This document shows positions 1 to 9,704 of a DNA stretch of 64,000 nt, in pieces. The first letter of the stretch is position 1, and every line of letters starts with the position of its first letter. The notes under the pieces were generated by a model, which saw only the letters and a list, made by a program, of their open reading frames with translations, searched no databases and was not told the origin of the DNA. The translations under genes were made by a program, and so were the position numbers. Origin of the DNA: an uncultured Candidatus Saccharibacteria bacterium (GTDB lineage: Bacteria > Patescibacteriota > Minisyncoccia > Phycocordibacterales > UBA5272); NCBI GenBank assembly GCA_964457775.1, contig CAYWEW010000007.1, positions 6,961-70,960 of the forward strand, in the 5' to 3' direction.

Positions 1-947
1 TTACCTCATCTATAGAGCATCCAGCTGTTCTCGAACCAATACAAAAATTAGAAAGAGAAAGGAAAATCAAAGTTACATATTTACCTGTTTACGAAAATGG
101 AATTGTAAAAGTTAATGACATTCGTGAAGCTTTAACTGAAGACACAATACTTGTGAGTGTAATGTATGCGAATAATGAAATAGGGACATTGCAACCATTA
201 AAAGAAATTGGGCGCATGTTGGAAGAATGGAAGAAAGAAAATAACCGCACTCACACTAGTTATCCATATTTTCACATAGATGCCTGCCAAGCGGGGAATT
301 ATTGTAATCTTGATGCTGTTAGACTTCGTGCACATTTAATGACAGTGAACAGTAGTAAAGTATATGGACCGAAAGGTATAGCATTATTGTACAAAAGAGA
401 GGGAATAAAAATTGAAAGTATTATTCTAGGTGGTGGACAGGAGAGAGGGTTACGTAGTGGGACAGAAGCTGTACCACTTGCATATTCATTTGGAGTTGCA
501 CTAACTGAAGCAAAAGAGATGAAAGAAAAAGAAAGTGAGAGATTAAGAGTTCTTCGTGATTATTGTAAAGAAGAGCTCACAAAGAAGATAGATGGTGTGA
601 AATTTTATGGTGCTTGGGATGAATATGATAGTCGAAAGTTTAAGGTCGAAGGTCAAAAGTTTTTGCATAATGAATTACGTTTACCTAACAATATTAATTG
701 TCGAATTCCTGGTATATCAAGTGAGGAGATGATTATAAGATTAGACACAGAAGGGTTCGCTGTTTCACACAAGAGTGCGTGTTCATCACAAGTTGATGAT
801 GGGAGTTATGTTATAAAAGCGCTCGGAGCAAGTGATACTGAGTCGAATGAAAATATAAGAATTACACTTGGAAGAAATACAACAAAAAGTGACATTGATA
901 GTTTAATAGTTGTGGTAGTGAGTATATTTAAAAAGTATTCTAAATAG
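1..947 (+). CDS. Cysteine desulfurase, class I (IscS/NifS-like), 5'-truncated at window edge
   Basis: Frame 3 is open from position 3 into the listed ORF (TSSIEHPAVLEPIQKLE...). The C-terminal SHKSACSSQ...SYVIKALG matches the class-I active-site Cys loop SSGSAC...SYVLRALG. Confidence 0.85.
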   Translation, partial: TSSIEHPAVLEPIQKLERERKIKVTYLPVYENGIVKVNDIREALTEDTILVSVMYANNEIGTLQPLKEIGRMLEEWKKENNRTHTSYPYFHIDACQAGNYCNLDAVRLRAHLMTVNSSKVYGPKGIALLYKREGIKIESIILGGGQERGLRSGTEAVPLAYSFGVALTEAKEMKEKESERLRVLRDYCKEELTKKIDGVKFYGAWDEYDSRKFKVEGQKFLHNELRLPNNINCRIPGISSEEMIIRLDTEGFAVSHKSACSSQVDDGSYVIKALGASDTESNENIRITLGRNTTKSDIDSLIVVVVSIFKKYSK

Positions 948-967
948 AATTTTGGGTAAAATAAAAA

Positions 968-984
968 GTCGCGCTAAGCGCGAC
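968..984. terminator. Hairpin gtcgcgc-taa-gcgcgac between convergent genes. The T-run is on the minus-strand side only, so it probably terminates the 990..1361 gene.
   Basis: Perfect 7-bp GC-rich stem with a 3-nt loop. Flanked by ataaaaa on the plus strand, which reads ttttttat on the minus strand. Confidence 0.5.
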
Positions 985-989
985 CCAAA

Positions 990-1361
990 TCAAGCAAATT
1001 TTTTTGCAAAACGTAACCATTGTGACTTGTGCTCACCATCTATTTTTTTGGTTACTGCTCTTACTTGAGCGGTTCCATTTTCCGTATTTGGTACGACCTC
1101 GAAAATTAAGTTTTCACCTAAGTGGTCGTATACAAATCTAAGAACTTGATAACCTGCGCCACTCCTTGGTTTTGTTTTAGGAGAATAAAGATTGCATTCA
1201 TCAGGAACAATTGGACCCCGCCCTGTTACATGTGTATATATTGGCATATATGCAAGAACAGCACGTCTTCCAATTACTTCCTCAAGAATTATTATTTCTT
1301 CCTCTCTGCTCTCCACTACCCAACCACGAGAGGCTAAGTTTTCAAGATAGTCGTAAGGCAT
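990..1361 (-). CDS. Hypothetical protein (123 aa), no family recognised
   Basis: Intact ORF convergent with the cysteine desulfurase gene. GC is somewhat above the local average. Confidence 0.45.
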   Translation of the reverse strand: MPYDYLENLASRGWVVESREEEIIILEEVIGRRAVLAYMPIYTHVTGRGPIVPDECNLYSPKTKPRSGAGYQVLRFVYDHLGENLIFEVVPNTENGTAQVRAVTKKIDGEHKSQWLRFAKKFA

Positions 1362-1491
1362 CTTATTTCCCTTCGTGTAATTTATGTGGACCTTTTTACA
1401 TTATAACATATTATTAATTTTTGTCCAGTATTATGTCACTTTGTTTTTTTGAGTTTTAACTATAAACTACAAAATATTAACTATCTTATTT

Positions 1492-2052
1492 ATGTACACA
1501 GCAAAAAATTTTTCACAACTATTAGGTATACAAGGTATGAGTGATGCTCTACTTAACAATCACTTCACTCTTTATCAGGGGTATATTACTAATACAAATA
1601 AATTAATTGATTTAATGAAGGAGAAAGAGGTTGGTACTCCAGAATTCGCAGAACTTCATCGTCGTTTTGGTTGGGAATGGAATGGCATGAGATTGCATGA
1701 ACTTTATTTTGGTAATCTTGTAAAAGGTGGTGTGGAATTAAGTGGAAGAAGACTTAAGCCAAAGATTGAAAGTACTTGGGGAAGTTATGAAGCTTGGCAA
1801 AAGGAATTCGTAGGATTAGCATCTATGCGAGGTATAGGTTGGGTAATACTTGCTCATGATAAGGCTGATGGAAAGTTGTTCAATGTTTGGGTAAATGAAC
1901 ATGATACTGGATTGTTAGCTGGAGCTACACCAATACTAGTCATGGACGTTTTTGAACATGCATTCATGCTTGATTATGGAGTAAAGCGTATTGATTATAT
2001 TACAGCCTTTATGTCATCAATTGATTGGCATGCGGTAGAAGAAAGAATTTAA
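1492..2052 (+). CDS. Fe/Mn superoxide dismutase family protein (divergent)
   Basis: C-terminal DVFEHAF...IDWHAVEER parallels the SOD motif D-V-W-E-H-A-Y-Y with its Asp/His metal ligands. Central LHELYFGNL parallels NHxLFW. The N-terminal HH-x-K-HH pattern is degenerate (NHFTLYQGY). Confidence 0.65.
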   Translation: MYTAKNFSQLLGIQGMSDALLNNHFTLYQGYITNTNKLIDLMKEKEVGTPEFAELHRRFGWEWNGMRLHELYFGNLVKGGVELSGRRLKPKIESTWGSYEAWQKEFVGLASMRGIGWVILAHDKADGKLFNVWVNEHDTGLLAGATPILVMDVFEHAFMLDYGVKRIDYITAFMSSIDWHAVEERI

Positions 2053-2072
2053 TTAAATGTTATATATTATGA

Positions 2073-2099
2073 TGGGTGACATGCGAAGCATGCCACCCA
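2073..2099 (+). terminator. Weak stem-loop downstream of the SOD-like gene
   Basis: tgggtgacatgc-gaa-gcatgccaccca, 11 of 12 bp paired. No strong T-run follows. Confidence 0.35.
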
Positions 2100-2262
2100 T
2101 TTGACTTATCTATTGGTTTTATATATAAAGAGGATATACTGTAATGGCTGACAGACTGTTAATCTCCCGAATACCCGTATTATATTGATTTTACATGTTT
2201 TTATTTTTGATTTTAATTTTGAATTTATATAGTAACTAACAACAATAATTAATAATTGCCCC

Positions 2263-4977
2263 ATGCCTCCATCATTTAATAATTTCACCACCAAGGCCAA
2301 AGAAGTCATTCGTCGTGCGCATGAGCTTGCAATTGAACGTGGTCAAAATCAAGTAAACCCACTACATCTTATGGGTGCACTTCTCACACAAGAGGAGTCA
2401 CTTGTTCATGCTATTTTGGAAAAGTTAGAAATCGATATTATTCATCTTACTGATAGTATCGTCGACGCCATAGAAGTTCCCGGAGCATCATCCACTATGA
2501 GTCAGTCATATCAGATGTATCTTACACCAGAACTTGCTCAAACTCTTGAAGTGTCACTTAAAGTTGCTCAATCATACAATGATGAATTCGTTTCGACCGA
2601 ACATCTTTTCCTTGCACTTTTAGAATCCACAGGACAAGTACGCGAAATACTTGCTCGTTTTCGCATCGACAAAGAACAAGCTTATCATATTCTGGAAGAA
2701 CTTCGTTCAAGTAATATTACTGATGCTCAAGGTCCAAAGAAAAACAAAGCACTTGCGAAATTTACTCGTAACTTCACAGATCTTGCACGTCAGGACAAAC
2801 TCGATCCAGTTATTGGGCGTGATGTTGAGATTATGCGCCTAATGCAAATTCTTTCTCGTCGTACAAAGAACAATCCAATTGTAATTGGTGAAGCGGGAAC
2901 AGGAAAGACTGCTGTTGTTGAAGGTCTTGCAATTCGTATGGCAAAAGGGGATGTACCAGAAAGTTTGAAAGGAAAGGAACTCGTATCACTCGATCTTGGT
3001 ATGTTAATTGCTGGAACAAAGTTTCGTGGAGAATTCGAAGAGAGATTAAAATCAATCATGAAAGAAATAGAACGCTCAGAAGGAGGGATTATTCTTTTCA
3101 TTGATGAAATACATACAATAGTTGGAGCAGGGGCAACAGAAGGTTCAGCAGATGCGGCGAACTTGCTTAAACCAGCACTTTCTCGTGGAGAGTTGCGCGC
3201 GATAGGTGCGACAACTCTTAAGGAATATCAAAAGCATATTGAAAAGGATCCTGCACTTGCGCGTCGTTTTCAACCAGTGTTTGTTGAAGAGCCGAATGAG
3301 GTGGACGCTCTTGCTATTTTGCGCGGTCTAAAAGAAAAGTATGAATTATTCCATGGTGTACGCATTACAGATGATGCACTTGTGTCTGCGGTTAATCTTT
3401 CAACAAGATATATCACATCTCGTTTCCTTCCAGATAAGGCTATTGACCTTATCGATGAAGCAGCATCATCACTTCGTATTGCACTTGAGAATAAGCCACC
3501 AGTTTTAGATGAGGCACACCGTAGAATTATGCGTCTTGAAATTGAAAAAGAAGCTCTTACAAAAGAGTTGATTGCTCATAGTGATGATAATGTCACTGGT
3601 ACAAAGAAACGTATCGCAACTATTGAAGAAGAAATTGCAAATGTAAAAGAAAAAACACATGAACTAGAACTTAAGTGGAAGAATGAGAAGAAAACACTTT
3701 TAGAAATAGGCGAGATTAAAAAGTCACTAGAGTCATTAAGAGCTGAGTCAGAGAAAGCAGAACTCAGAGCTGACCTTACTCGTGTTGCTGAGATTCGTTA
3801 TGGCCAAATACCAGAACTTACAAAAGAACTTGGAGAAAGGATTGAAAGACTAAAGAAACTTCAAAAGACTAGAAGAATCTTAAAAGAAGAAGTTACAGAA
3901 GAAGATGTGGCTGGTGTTGTTGCGCGTTGGACGGGTATTCCAGTTGTTCGCATGCTTGAAGAAGAAGAGGATAAATTGTCACGAATGGAAGATGAACTTG
4001 GTAAGCGTGTTATAAGTCAACGTGATGCAATTGCGAAGATTAGTGGTGCAGTACGTCGCTCACGCGCGGGAATCAATGATCCACAGCGACCAATCGGATC
4101 ATTTATGTTCTTGGGCCCAACCGGTGTTGGTAAGACTGAACTTACTAAGGCTCTTGCTGAATTTATGTTCAACGATGAAAAGGCTTTGATTAAAGTCGAC
4201 ATGAGTGAATACATGGAGAAACATAGTACAAGCAAATTAATTGGTTCACCTCCAGGATATGTTGGTTATGACGAATCAGGACAATTAACAGAAGCAGTAC
4301 GTCATCGTCCATATGCAGTTATTTTGTTTGACGAAATAGAAAAGGCTCATCCTGAAGTATTTAATCTCTTACTTCAAGTGTTAGATGAAGGACGTCTCAC
4401 TGACAGTAAAGGTCGTGTTGTTAATTTCAAAAACACAATTATTATTATGACTTCAAATATTGGAAGCCAATATATTCAAAAAATGGAAACAATTGGATTT
4501 TCTAACAATGAAGTTGGAAGTGAATATGTTCAAGTAAAAGAACGTGTTATGGAAGCACTTAAGGAATTCTTCAAACCAGAATTTTTGAATAGACTTGATG
4601 AAACAATTATCTTTGATGTTCTTTCCAAAGAAGAAGTCAAAAAAATTGTATCACTTCAAATTAATCTACTTGCAGACAGACTTACAGAAAAAGAAATTGT
4701 ACTTGATGTAACCCATGAAGCAGTGTCACATATTGCAGAAAAATCATATGACCCACATTATGGTGCGCGACCAATTAAGAGATTTATGCAAACAAATATT
4801 CTTAATCAAATCGCCGCACTTATGCTTTCTAAGAAATTTGGAAAGGGAGGAATTGCACATGTATCACTTAATAAAAAAGGTGACATAGAAGTGGATGCTA
4901 GAAAAGCAAAGAAAATACCTAGTCCATTAAATGTAGAATTACGTAGAACAAAAACAGAAGGACGTGGAAAGAAATAA
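2263..4977 (+). CDS. clpB: ATP-dependent chaperone ClpB (Hsp100, two AAA+ modules)
   Basis: 904 aa. N-terminal Clp_N repeats, Walker A GEAGTGKT and LGPTGVGKT, a middle coiled-coil, and near-colinear similarity to E. coli ClpB throughout. Confidence 0.95.
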   Translation: MPPSFNNFTTKAKEVIRRAHELAIERGQNQVNPLHLMGALLTQEESLVHAILEKLEIDIIHLTDSIVDAIEVPGASSTMSQSYQMYLTPELAQTLEVSLKVAQSYNDEFVSTEHLFLALLESTGQVREILARFRIDKEQAYHILEELRSSNITDAQGPKKNKALAKFTRNFTDLARQDKLDPVIGRDVEIMRLMQILSRRTKNNPIVIGEAGTGKTAVVEGLAIRMAKGDVPESLKGKELVSLDLGMLIAGTKFRGEFEERLKSIMKEIERSEGGIILFIDEIHTIVGAGATEGSADAANLLKPALSRGELRAIGATTLKEYQKHIEKDPALARRFQPVFVEEPNEVDALAILRGLKEKYELFHGVRITDDALVSAVNLSTRYITSRFLPDKAIDLIDEAASSLRIALENKPPVLDEAHRRIMRLEIEKEALTKELIAHSDDNVTGTKKRIATIEEEIANVKEKTHELELKWKNEKKTLLEIGEIKKSLESLRAESEKAELRADLTRVAEIRYGQIPELTKELGERIERLKKLQKTRRILKEEVTEEDVAGVVARWTGIPVVRMLEEEEDKLSRMEDELGKRVISQRDAIAKISGAVRRSRAGINDPQRPIGSFMFLGPTGVGKTELTKALAEFMFNDEKALIKVDMSEYMEKHSTSKLIGSPPGYVGYDESGQLTEAVRHRPYAVILFDEIEKAHPEVFNLLLQVLDEGRLTDSKGRVVNFKNTIIIMTSNIGSQYIQKMETIGFSNNEVGSEYVQVKERVMEALKEFFKPEFLNRLDETIIFDVLSKEEVKKIVSLQINLLADRLTEKEIVLDVTHEAVSHIAEKSYDPHYGARPIKRFMQTNILNQIAALMLSKKFGKGGIAHVSLNKKGDIEVDARKAKKIPSPLNVELRRTKTEGRGKK

Positions 4978-5005
4978 AATTACTAAGAAAATGGAACTGC
5001 GTATA

Positions 5006-5033
5006 ACATATTAATTTGACTTTTGTCAAGTTT
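5006..5033 (+). promoter_or_regulatory. Sigma70-like promoter TTGACT-16-TATACT for the small ORF below
   Basis: Read directly from the sequence. An AAAAGGGG ribosome-binding site precedes the ATG at 5094. Confidence 0.4.
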
Positions 5034-5093
5034 GTGCTATACTGCATAGAGGTTACACAAGTTTTTGTTTTTGTAATGAAAAGGGGTGTAAAA

Positions 5094-5327
5094 ATGAAAG
5101 TCCTTTCCTTGAAAGAAGTGCGTCCCGGTATGAAAGTATTCGTTTCAATGCCTGGGTCTCCCCCAATAAAAAATGCAACTGTAAGGAAGGTTGCAGTAGA
5201 AAAGATTCATGGATGGCAAGAAGTAATTAGTTTGTTCCTCAACGTAGGAGAAGGTCAAAGTCATATTTTGGTTGCTGGAGTGGATGATTTCTCCAGGTCT
5301 AATAATCAGATATTTTTGACTGCATAA
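5094..5327 (+). CDS. Small hypothetical protein (77 aa), internal start of the listed 5016..5327 ORF
   Basis: The ATG at 5094 has an AAAAGGGGTG SD sequence and lies downstream of the predicted promoter. No family recognised. Confidence 0.4.
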   Translation: MKVLSLKEVRPGMKVFVSMPGSPPIKNATVRKVAVEKIHGWQEVISLFLNVGEGQSHILVAGVDDFSRSNNQIFLTA

Positions 5328-5361
5328 AACAAAAAACAAAATAAGAATAAAATGAGGAGAG

Positions 5362-5390
5362 GCTCGCCACACACAGTTGGCGAGCTTTTA
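5362..5390 (+). terminator. Rho-independent terminator
   Basis: gctcgcca-acacagt-tggcgagc followed by tttt. Confidence 0.6.
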
Positions 5391-5451
5391 GTTTGATAGG
5401 TTGTAAATTAGGTCAAAAAAGTATAGAATATACAGGTGCCAAATAATAAAT

Positions 5452-5534
5452 GCGTCGGTGGTGGAGTGGTCAATCACAACAGACTGTAAATCTGTCGCCT
5501 TCGGGCTTCGCTGGTTCAAATCCAGCCCGGCGCA
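5452..5534 (+). tRNA. tRNA-Tyr (anticodon GTA), type II with long variable arm, no encoded CCA
   Basis: Acceptor stem GCGTCGG/CCGGCGC with one G-U pair. Anticodon stem acaga/tctgt with loop cuGUAaa. Variable arm gccttcgggc. T-arm gctgg-ttcaaat-ccagc. Discriminator A. Confidence 0.85.
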
Positions 5535-5547
5535 CAAATATAATAAA

Positions 5548-5577
5548 AGTCCTACATGTAATCATGTGGGACTTTTA
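5548..5577 (+). terminator. Terminator after tRNA-Tyr
   Basis: agtcctacatg-taat-catgtgggact (one G-U pair) followed by tttt. Confidence 0.6.
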
Positions 5578-5813
5578 ATATATTCTGTCTGCCATAGAAG
5601 CAAGACAACTTCTTGTCTTGCGATGGATTTGAATTGGCGAACTAGCAAGTTCGGTTCTTGGAACCAAGCGAAACTACTTCGAGCGCAGCGAGGAGTTTTG
5701 TGACCTAATCCAGCCAGACTCATAATCTAAAATAAAGGAATGAAAAGGTACTCTTTCAGTTGTTTTGTTTATACTTAGCTTTTCTGATATTTTATTGTTA
5801 AACTTCAATCATT

Positions 5814-6209
5814 ATGAAAATATCAAAATATATTGCAATTTTTCTGACAGCACTTTTTATTGGAATTGTTACTATTGAGAGATTGCCAGGAGTACTCACA
5901 TCAACAGATGTTCCATTTGAGTGGTTAATGTTTGGACTCTTTAAAATTTCACTTCTTGATGATATTACTCACGGTATATCTGGCGTTTTAGGTCTGCTTG
6001 CTATTATTGGTGGTTATAGATGGACAATAAAATGGCTTATGCTTGTCGGAGGATACTATTCACTGGATGCTATATTTTTTATTGTAAATGGTTTTGTAAC
6101 AGGGCAGTCATTTATTGAAAATATTTTGTTAAATGGTCCTCATATTGGTATTACTATTCTTGTTATTATTGCGATTCATAGTTCAGTAAAAAGAATTGAA
6201 CTTAAGTAG
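5814..6209 (+). CDS. Small integral membrane protein (about 4 TM, DUF4383-like)
   Basis: Hydrophobic profile with a glycine-rich helix pattern. No enzymatic motifs. Confidence 0.45.
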   Translation: MKISKYIAIFLTALFIGIVTIERLPGVLTSTDVPFEWLMFGLFKISLLDDITHGISGVLGLLAIIGGYRWTIKWLMLVGGYYSLDAIFFIVNGFVTGQSFIENILLNGPHIGITILVIIAIHSSVKRIELK

Positions 6210-6218
6210 TTTAATTAA

Positions 6219-8720
6219 ATGAAGTTTTTTAAAGTTAGGAGTTATTTTAGTAGAATATCAGTATCTAAGTTTTTGTTATGTTTCTTCTTATTTATATTTT
6301 TTGGAGTCCTTATTTCTTTTTTTTATATAGTACTTACAACTCATAATAATCCAATCCCAGATAAAGCAGTTCAAGAAAAAATAAATAATCAAAAAAATAT
6401 TGTTTTAGATGCTTCAGAACTATACCCAGTTATTGTTAAAGGTATTATTGTTCCTCATACAACAGAAGAAATCGTAAAAGCTGTTAAGGAAAACGATTAT
6501 GTATCAATCGGTGGTGGACGAAACAGTATGGGAGGTCAAACAGCAAGTGAAAAAGCTATACAGATTGATATGAGAGAGCTTAATAAAATTATTTCTTTTT
6601 CAACAACTACGAAAGAAATAACGGTGCAGGCTGGTATTAGATGGAGAGATATTCAAGATTTTATTGATCCATATAATCTCTCAGTTAAAATAATGCAGAC
6701 ATATAGTAATTTTACTGTAGGTGGATCACTTTCTGTAAATGTTCACGGTAGATATATTGGGCTTGGGCCGATTATTTTAAGTGTAAAAGGTTTCACAATT
6801 GTGCTTGCTGATGGAAGTATTGTACATGCTACACCAGAAGAGAATTCAGATATTTTTTATAGTGCAATTGGTGGAATGGGAGGAATTGGTGTGATTACTG
6901 ACGTTACGCTCTCGCTTGCTGATAATGTTAATGTAGAAAGAAGTCCTGTACTTTTAACGACAGTAGAATATAAAGATTATTTTAAAAATAATGTTCGAAA
7001 TGACTCAAAAGTTATTTTTCATAATGGGGATATGTATCCGCCAGAATTCAAATATGTTCGTGCTGTAAGCTGGAAAGAAACAATAAAGGATCAGACAACA
7101 TATAATCGACTTATTCCACAAAGAAAAGATTATTGGAAAGAAAGAATTGCTTGGGTTGTGATGAGTGAATGGCCGAAAGGAAGATGGATTAGAGAATATA
7201 TTATTGACCCAATTCTTTATTTCGGTGATCAACCTGTTCATACGCGCAACTACGAAGCTAGCTATGATTTTGCTGAACTTGAGCCAGAGAGTAGAGATAA
7301 AAGTAGTTATGTTTTACAGGAATATTTTGTACCAGTGGAAAAATTTGATGAGTGGGTTCCCAAGATGAAGAAAGTTTTTAATGATAATAATGTAAATGTT
7401 ATCAATGTATCTATTCGTCACTCTCTCCCAGATAATGGGGCAAAGTTAGCTTGGGCAAGAACTGAGAGTTTTGCATTTGTTGTTTATTATAAACAAGGAA
7501 CAAGCGATAAAGAAAGAGCTAAGGTCTCTAATTGGACAAGAGAGATGATCGATCAAGTCATAAGTGTTGGTGGTACTTATTATTTACCCTATCAGCTTCA
7601 CGCGAGCGATGATCAGTTCCACTCATCATATCCGCAAGCAATAGAATATTTTGAAATAAAAAAACAATATGACCCAGCTGACAAGTTTACTAATAAATTG
7701 TGGGAAAAATATTATAGCGAGGATAAACTTAAATATTATAAGAATCGTAACTCAATTCTCCGCTTGGCTAGTACTACAAGTGAGTACTTTAGGCCGTACG
7801 ACAATGCGTGTCTCTCTATTCCTGAATGGTTTATTGTTTATAATTCACTAGAGTATTCACGAGCGCTTTCTAATTCAACCCCGTCTTCCTTTAAGTATTT
7901 CTCAGCAATAAAAGAATATTGGAAGGAGTATTCAAATGTGAATAGTCTTTTAGCTTCAAGTACTAACAATAATAGTGACTATGTAATGGTGTTAAGAGTT
8001 ATCGGGATTAGTTATTCTTTTGAACTTGCAGTCAAAGGCGTATATGAAAATACTTTAGGAAGATTAACTGAATGGCTAGCGCAAGGTAAACCTGTTTATG
8101 AAGAAAAAGTTGCAGCACAGATGAATAGTGATTATGGAGAATTTATATATGATTATCCATGGTATGACTTTCCTTACGGGTCATACTTTAAACCTCTTTG
8201 GTCAAGAAGTGATGATTCAAATTTAACGTTTGGGCAGTATATAAGAAAAATTGAACGACTTGTATTTATTTCTTTAGAGTTAGAAGTAAAAATTGCATAT
8301 TCAAAACTTATAGCATTTTTTACGCATCAGAAATTTGGAGTGCAGGATGATAATATTTATGCAATTATTTCTAGGGACGGAGGAAAGAATCTTGAGCTAT
8401 TTTCAGCACCACACTATCAACCATTTACTCGAGCTCTTTTATCTGAGATGAATGATGCTATTGTTTATGGAAATGATTTTCAGGTGCTGGATATTTCAGG
8501 GAATAAAAAAATAACGTTTAGTTTTCTGATACCAGAAGGTGATGCTTCATCAGATAAGATTATAGAATTATTTCGAACAAAAGAGGGTTATTTTAAAAAT
8601 GACATTAATTTAATTACAAAAGAAAGAGTTCATGCGGAAGTTGAGGTAATTAATATTTTTTCAGTTTATAAAAATCTAAGGGAACAACGACTCACAATCG
8701 ACCATTTTTATGATTATTAA
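6219..8720 (+). CDS. Membrane-anchored FAD-linked oxidase (PCMH-type FAD-binding domain) with a long uncharacterised C-terminal extension
   Basis: N-terminal TM helix. VSIGGGRNSMGGQ and GGSLSVNVHGRYIG motifs typical of the FAD_binding_4 / vanillyl-alcohol-oxidase superfamily. About 500 aa downstream have no recognised family. Confidence 0.65.
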   Translation: MKFFKVRSYFSRISVSKFLLCFFLFIFFGVLISFFYIVLTTHNNPIPDKAVQEKINNQKNIVLDASELYPVIVKGIIVPHTTEEIVKAVKENDYVSIGGGRNSMGGQTASEKAIQIDMRELNKIISFSTTTKEITVQAGIRWRDIQDFIDPYNLSVKIMQTYSNFTVGGSLSVNVHGRYIGLGPIILSVKGFTIVLADGSIVHATPEENSDIFYSAIGGMGGIGVITDVTLSLADNVNVERSPVLLTTVEYKDYFKNNVRNDSKVIFHNGDMYPPEFKYVRAVSWKETIKDQTTYNRLIPQRKDYWKERIAWVVMSEWPKGRWIREYIIDPILYFGDQPVHTRNYEASYDFAELEPESRDKSSYVLQEYFVPVEKFDEWVPKMKKVFNDNNVNVINVSIRHSLPDNGAKLAWARTESFAFVVYYKQGTSDKERAKVSNWTREMIDQVISVGGTYYLPYQLHASDDQFHSSYPQAIEYFEIKKQYDPADKFTNKLWEKYYSEDKLKYYKNRNSILRLASTTSEYFRPYDNACLSIPEWFIVYNSLEYSRALSNSTPSSFKYFSAIKEYWKEYSNVNSLLASSTNNNSDYVMVLRVIGISYSFELAVKGVYENTLGRLTEWLAQGKPVYEEKVAAQMNSDYGEFIYDYPWYDFPYGSYFKPLWSRSDDSNLTFGQYIRKIERLVFISLELEVKIAYSKLIAFFTHQKFGVQDDNIYAIISRDGGKNLELFSAPHYQPFTRALLSEMNDAIVYGNDFQVLDISGNKKITFSFLIPEGDASSDKIIELFRTKEGYFKNDINLITKERVHAEVEVINIFSVYKNLREQRLTIDHFYDY

Positions 8721-8756
8721 AAATTTAATTTATTAACAGTGTGTTATAATTATTTT

Positions 8757-9407
8757 ATGAGTAAAAAACTTCCTACAGCTTTAGTCGCCGTTGATATATG
8801 TATTTTTAAGATTATTGATAATCAGCTTTGTGTTTATGTTACTAAGGTTGATAATGATAATTATAAAAATATGAGATGTTTACCCGGGGGACTTATATAT
8901 TTAAATGAAAATGCAGATGAGACAGTTAAGAGAATTATTGAAGAAAAAACCTGCCTAGAGGATAATAAGGTTTATAGAGAACAACTCTGTTCTTTTTCTA
9001 AAGTAAATAGAGACAAGAGAAGTAGAGTGGTTTCAGTTGCATATCTTGCTATTTATTCTGGTAATAGTAATGAAGGTTTTTTTAATATTAATTCGATAGG
9101 CAAACTGGCTTATGATCATAATGAGATTTTGGAAAAAGCAGAACACAGAATTTCTTCTAAGCTTGAATATACAACTATTGTGAAGAAGTTTATGAAAAAT
9201 AAGTTTACTTATTCTGAATTACAGAAGGCGTATGAGGTTATACTAAGAAAAGAAATAGATAAAAGAAATTTTAGAAAAAAGATAGACAGTTTGGATATTT
9301 TAAAGGAGGCAGGAACAATGAGAAAAGAAGGGAGGATGAGACCAGCTCAAGAATACACTTTCAAATCTGAAAAGGTTCAGAATTTCAAACTCTTTGGAGA
9401 ATTTTAA
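8757..9407 (+). CDS. NrtR-like regulator: Nudix-like domain plus C-terminal winged-helix (Nudix-related transcriptional regulator of NAD metabolism)
   Basis: Nudix-box-like LPGGLIYLNENADETVKRIIEEKT (G-x5-E-x7-R-x-x-E-E). C-terminal FTYSELQKAYEVILRKEIDKRNFRKKI resembles the NrtR wHTH signature. It sits at the head of an NAD-salvage cluster with matching palindromic operators. Start chosen at the second ATG (MSKKL). Confidence 0.55.
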   Translation: MSKKLPTALVAVDICIFKIIDNQLCVYVTKVDNDNYKNMRCLPGGLIYLNENADETVKRIIEEKTCLEDNKVYREQLCSFSKVNRDKRSRVVSVAYLAIYSGNSNEGFFNINSIGKLAYDHNEILEKAEHRISSKLEYTTIVKKFMKNKFTYSELQKAYEVILRKEIDKRNFRKKIDSLDILKEAGTMRKEGRMRPAQEYTFKSEKVQNFKLFGEF

Positions 9408-9532
9408 ATATAGCAGTTACGATTTGCGATTAAGGTGGTAATATTTCTAGTATTTGTAGTGCGAGTTATTTATTAAAATTGTGCATTTTTTGTTTGTTAT
9501 TAAATAATTTTAAAGTATTAATAATATACTAT

Positions 9533-9553
9533 TTAGTGTTCACTTGACACTAA
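9533..9553. promoter_or_regulatory. 21-bp palindrome TTAGTGT-TCACTTG-ACACTAA (candidate NrtR operator 1) overlapping the -35 box
   Basis: Perfect inverted repeat read from the sequence. It overlaps the TTGACA at 9544-9549. Confidence 0.5.
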
Positions 9554-9572
9554 AATGTGATAGGTGTACAAT
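9544..9572 (+). promoter_or_regulatory. Sigma70-like promoter TTGACA-17-TACAAT upstream of the island's first gene
   Basis: Canonical hexamers with 17-nt spacing. Flanked by two identical-arm palindromes. Confidence 0.5.
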
Positions 9573-9584
9573 AAGATTAGATAA

Positions 9585-9605
9585 TTAGTGTATAGTTAAC
9601 ACTAA
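9585..9605. promoter_or_regulatory. 21-bp palindrome TTAGTGT-ATAGTTA-ACACTAA (candidate NrtR operator 2) downstream of the predicted start site
   Basis: Perfect inverted repeat with the same arms as operator 1. Centres are 52 bp apart. Confidence 0.5.
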
Positions 9606-9704
9606 TTAAGGGAATGTCATTTTGACACATTAGGCAGATTGTGGTAGTGTCATTCCTAATGATTGTTGTTTGACAATTAGGTTTAATTCGAAAAGGAGTA
9701 TTCC

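Noticed and set aside
1122-1417. Two plus-strand ORFs (71 and 68 aa)
   Set aside because: Both lie fully antisense to or overlapping the 990..1361 minus-strand gene and the AT-rich promoter region. Their translations are Cys/Phe/Tyr-rich and low-complexity. They are shadow ORFs.
2106-2309. 67-aa minus-strand ORF in the clpB upstream region
   Set aside because: It lies in the AT-rich leader and overlaps the clpB start. There is no ribosome-binding site, so it is likely non-coding.
2651-4235. Several 60-105-aa ORFs on both strands inside clpB
   Set aside because: They are antisense or out-of-frame shadows of a highly conserved long gene.
5440-5580. Integrative element inserted at tRNA-Tyr
   Set aside because: There is no integrase, no direct repeat of the tRNA 3' end, and no phage or ICE genes nearby.
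5458-5703. 81-aa plus-strand ORF
   Set aside because: It overlaps the tRNA-Tyr gene and its terminator entirely. It has no ribosome-binding site and a low-complexity translation, so it is spurious.
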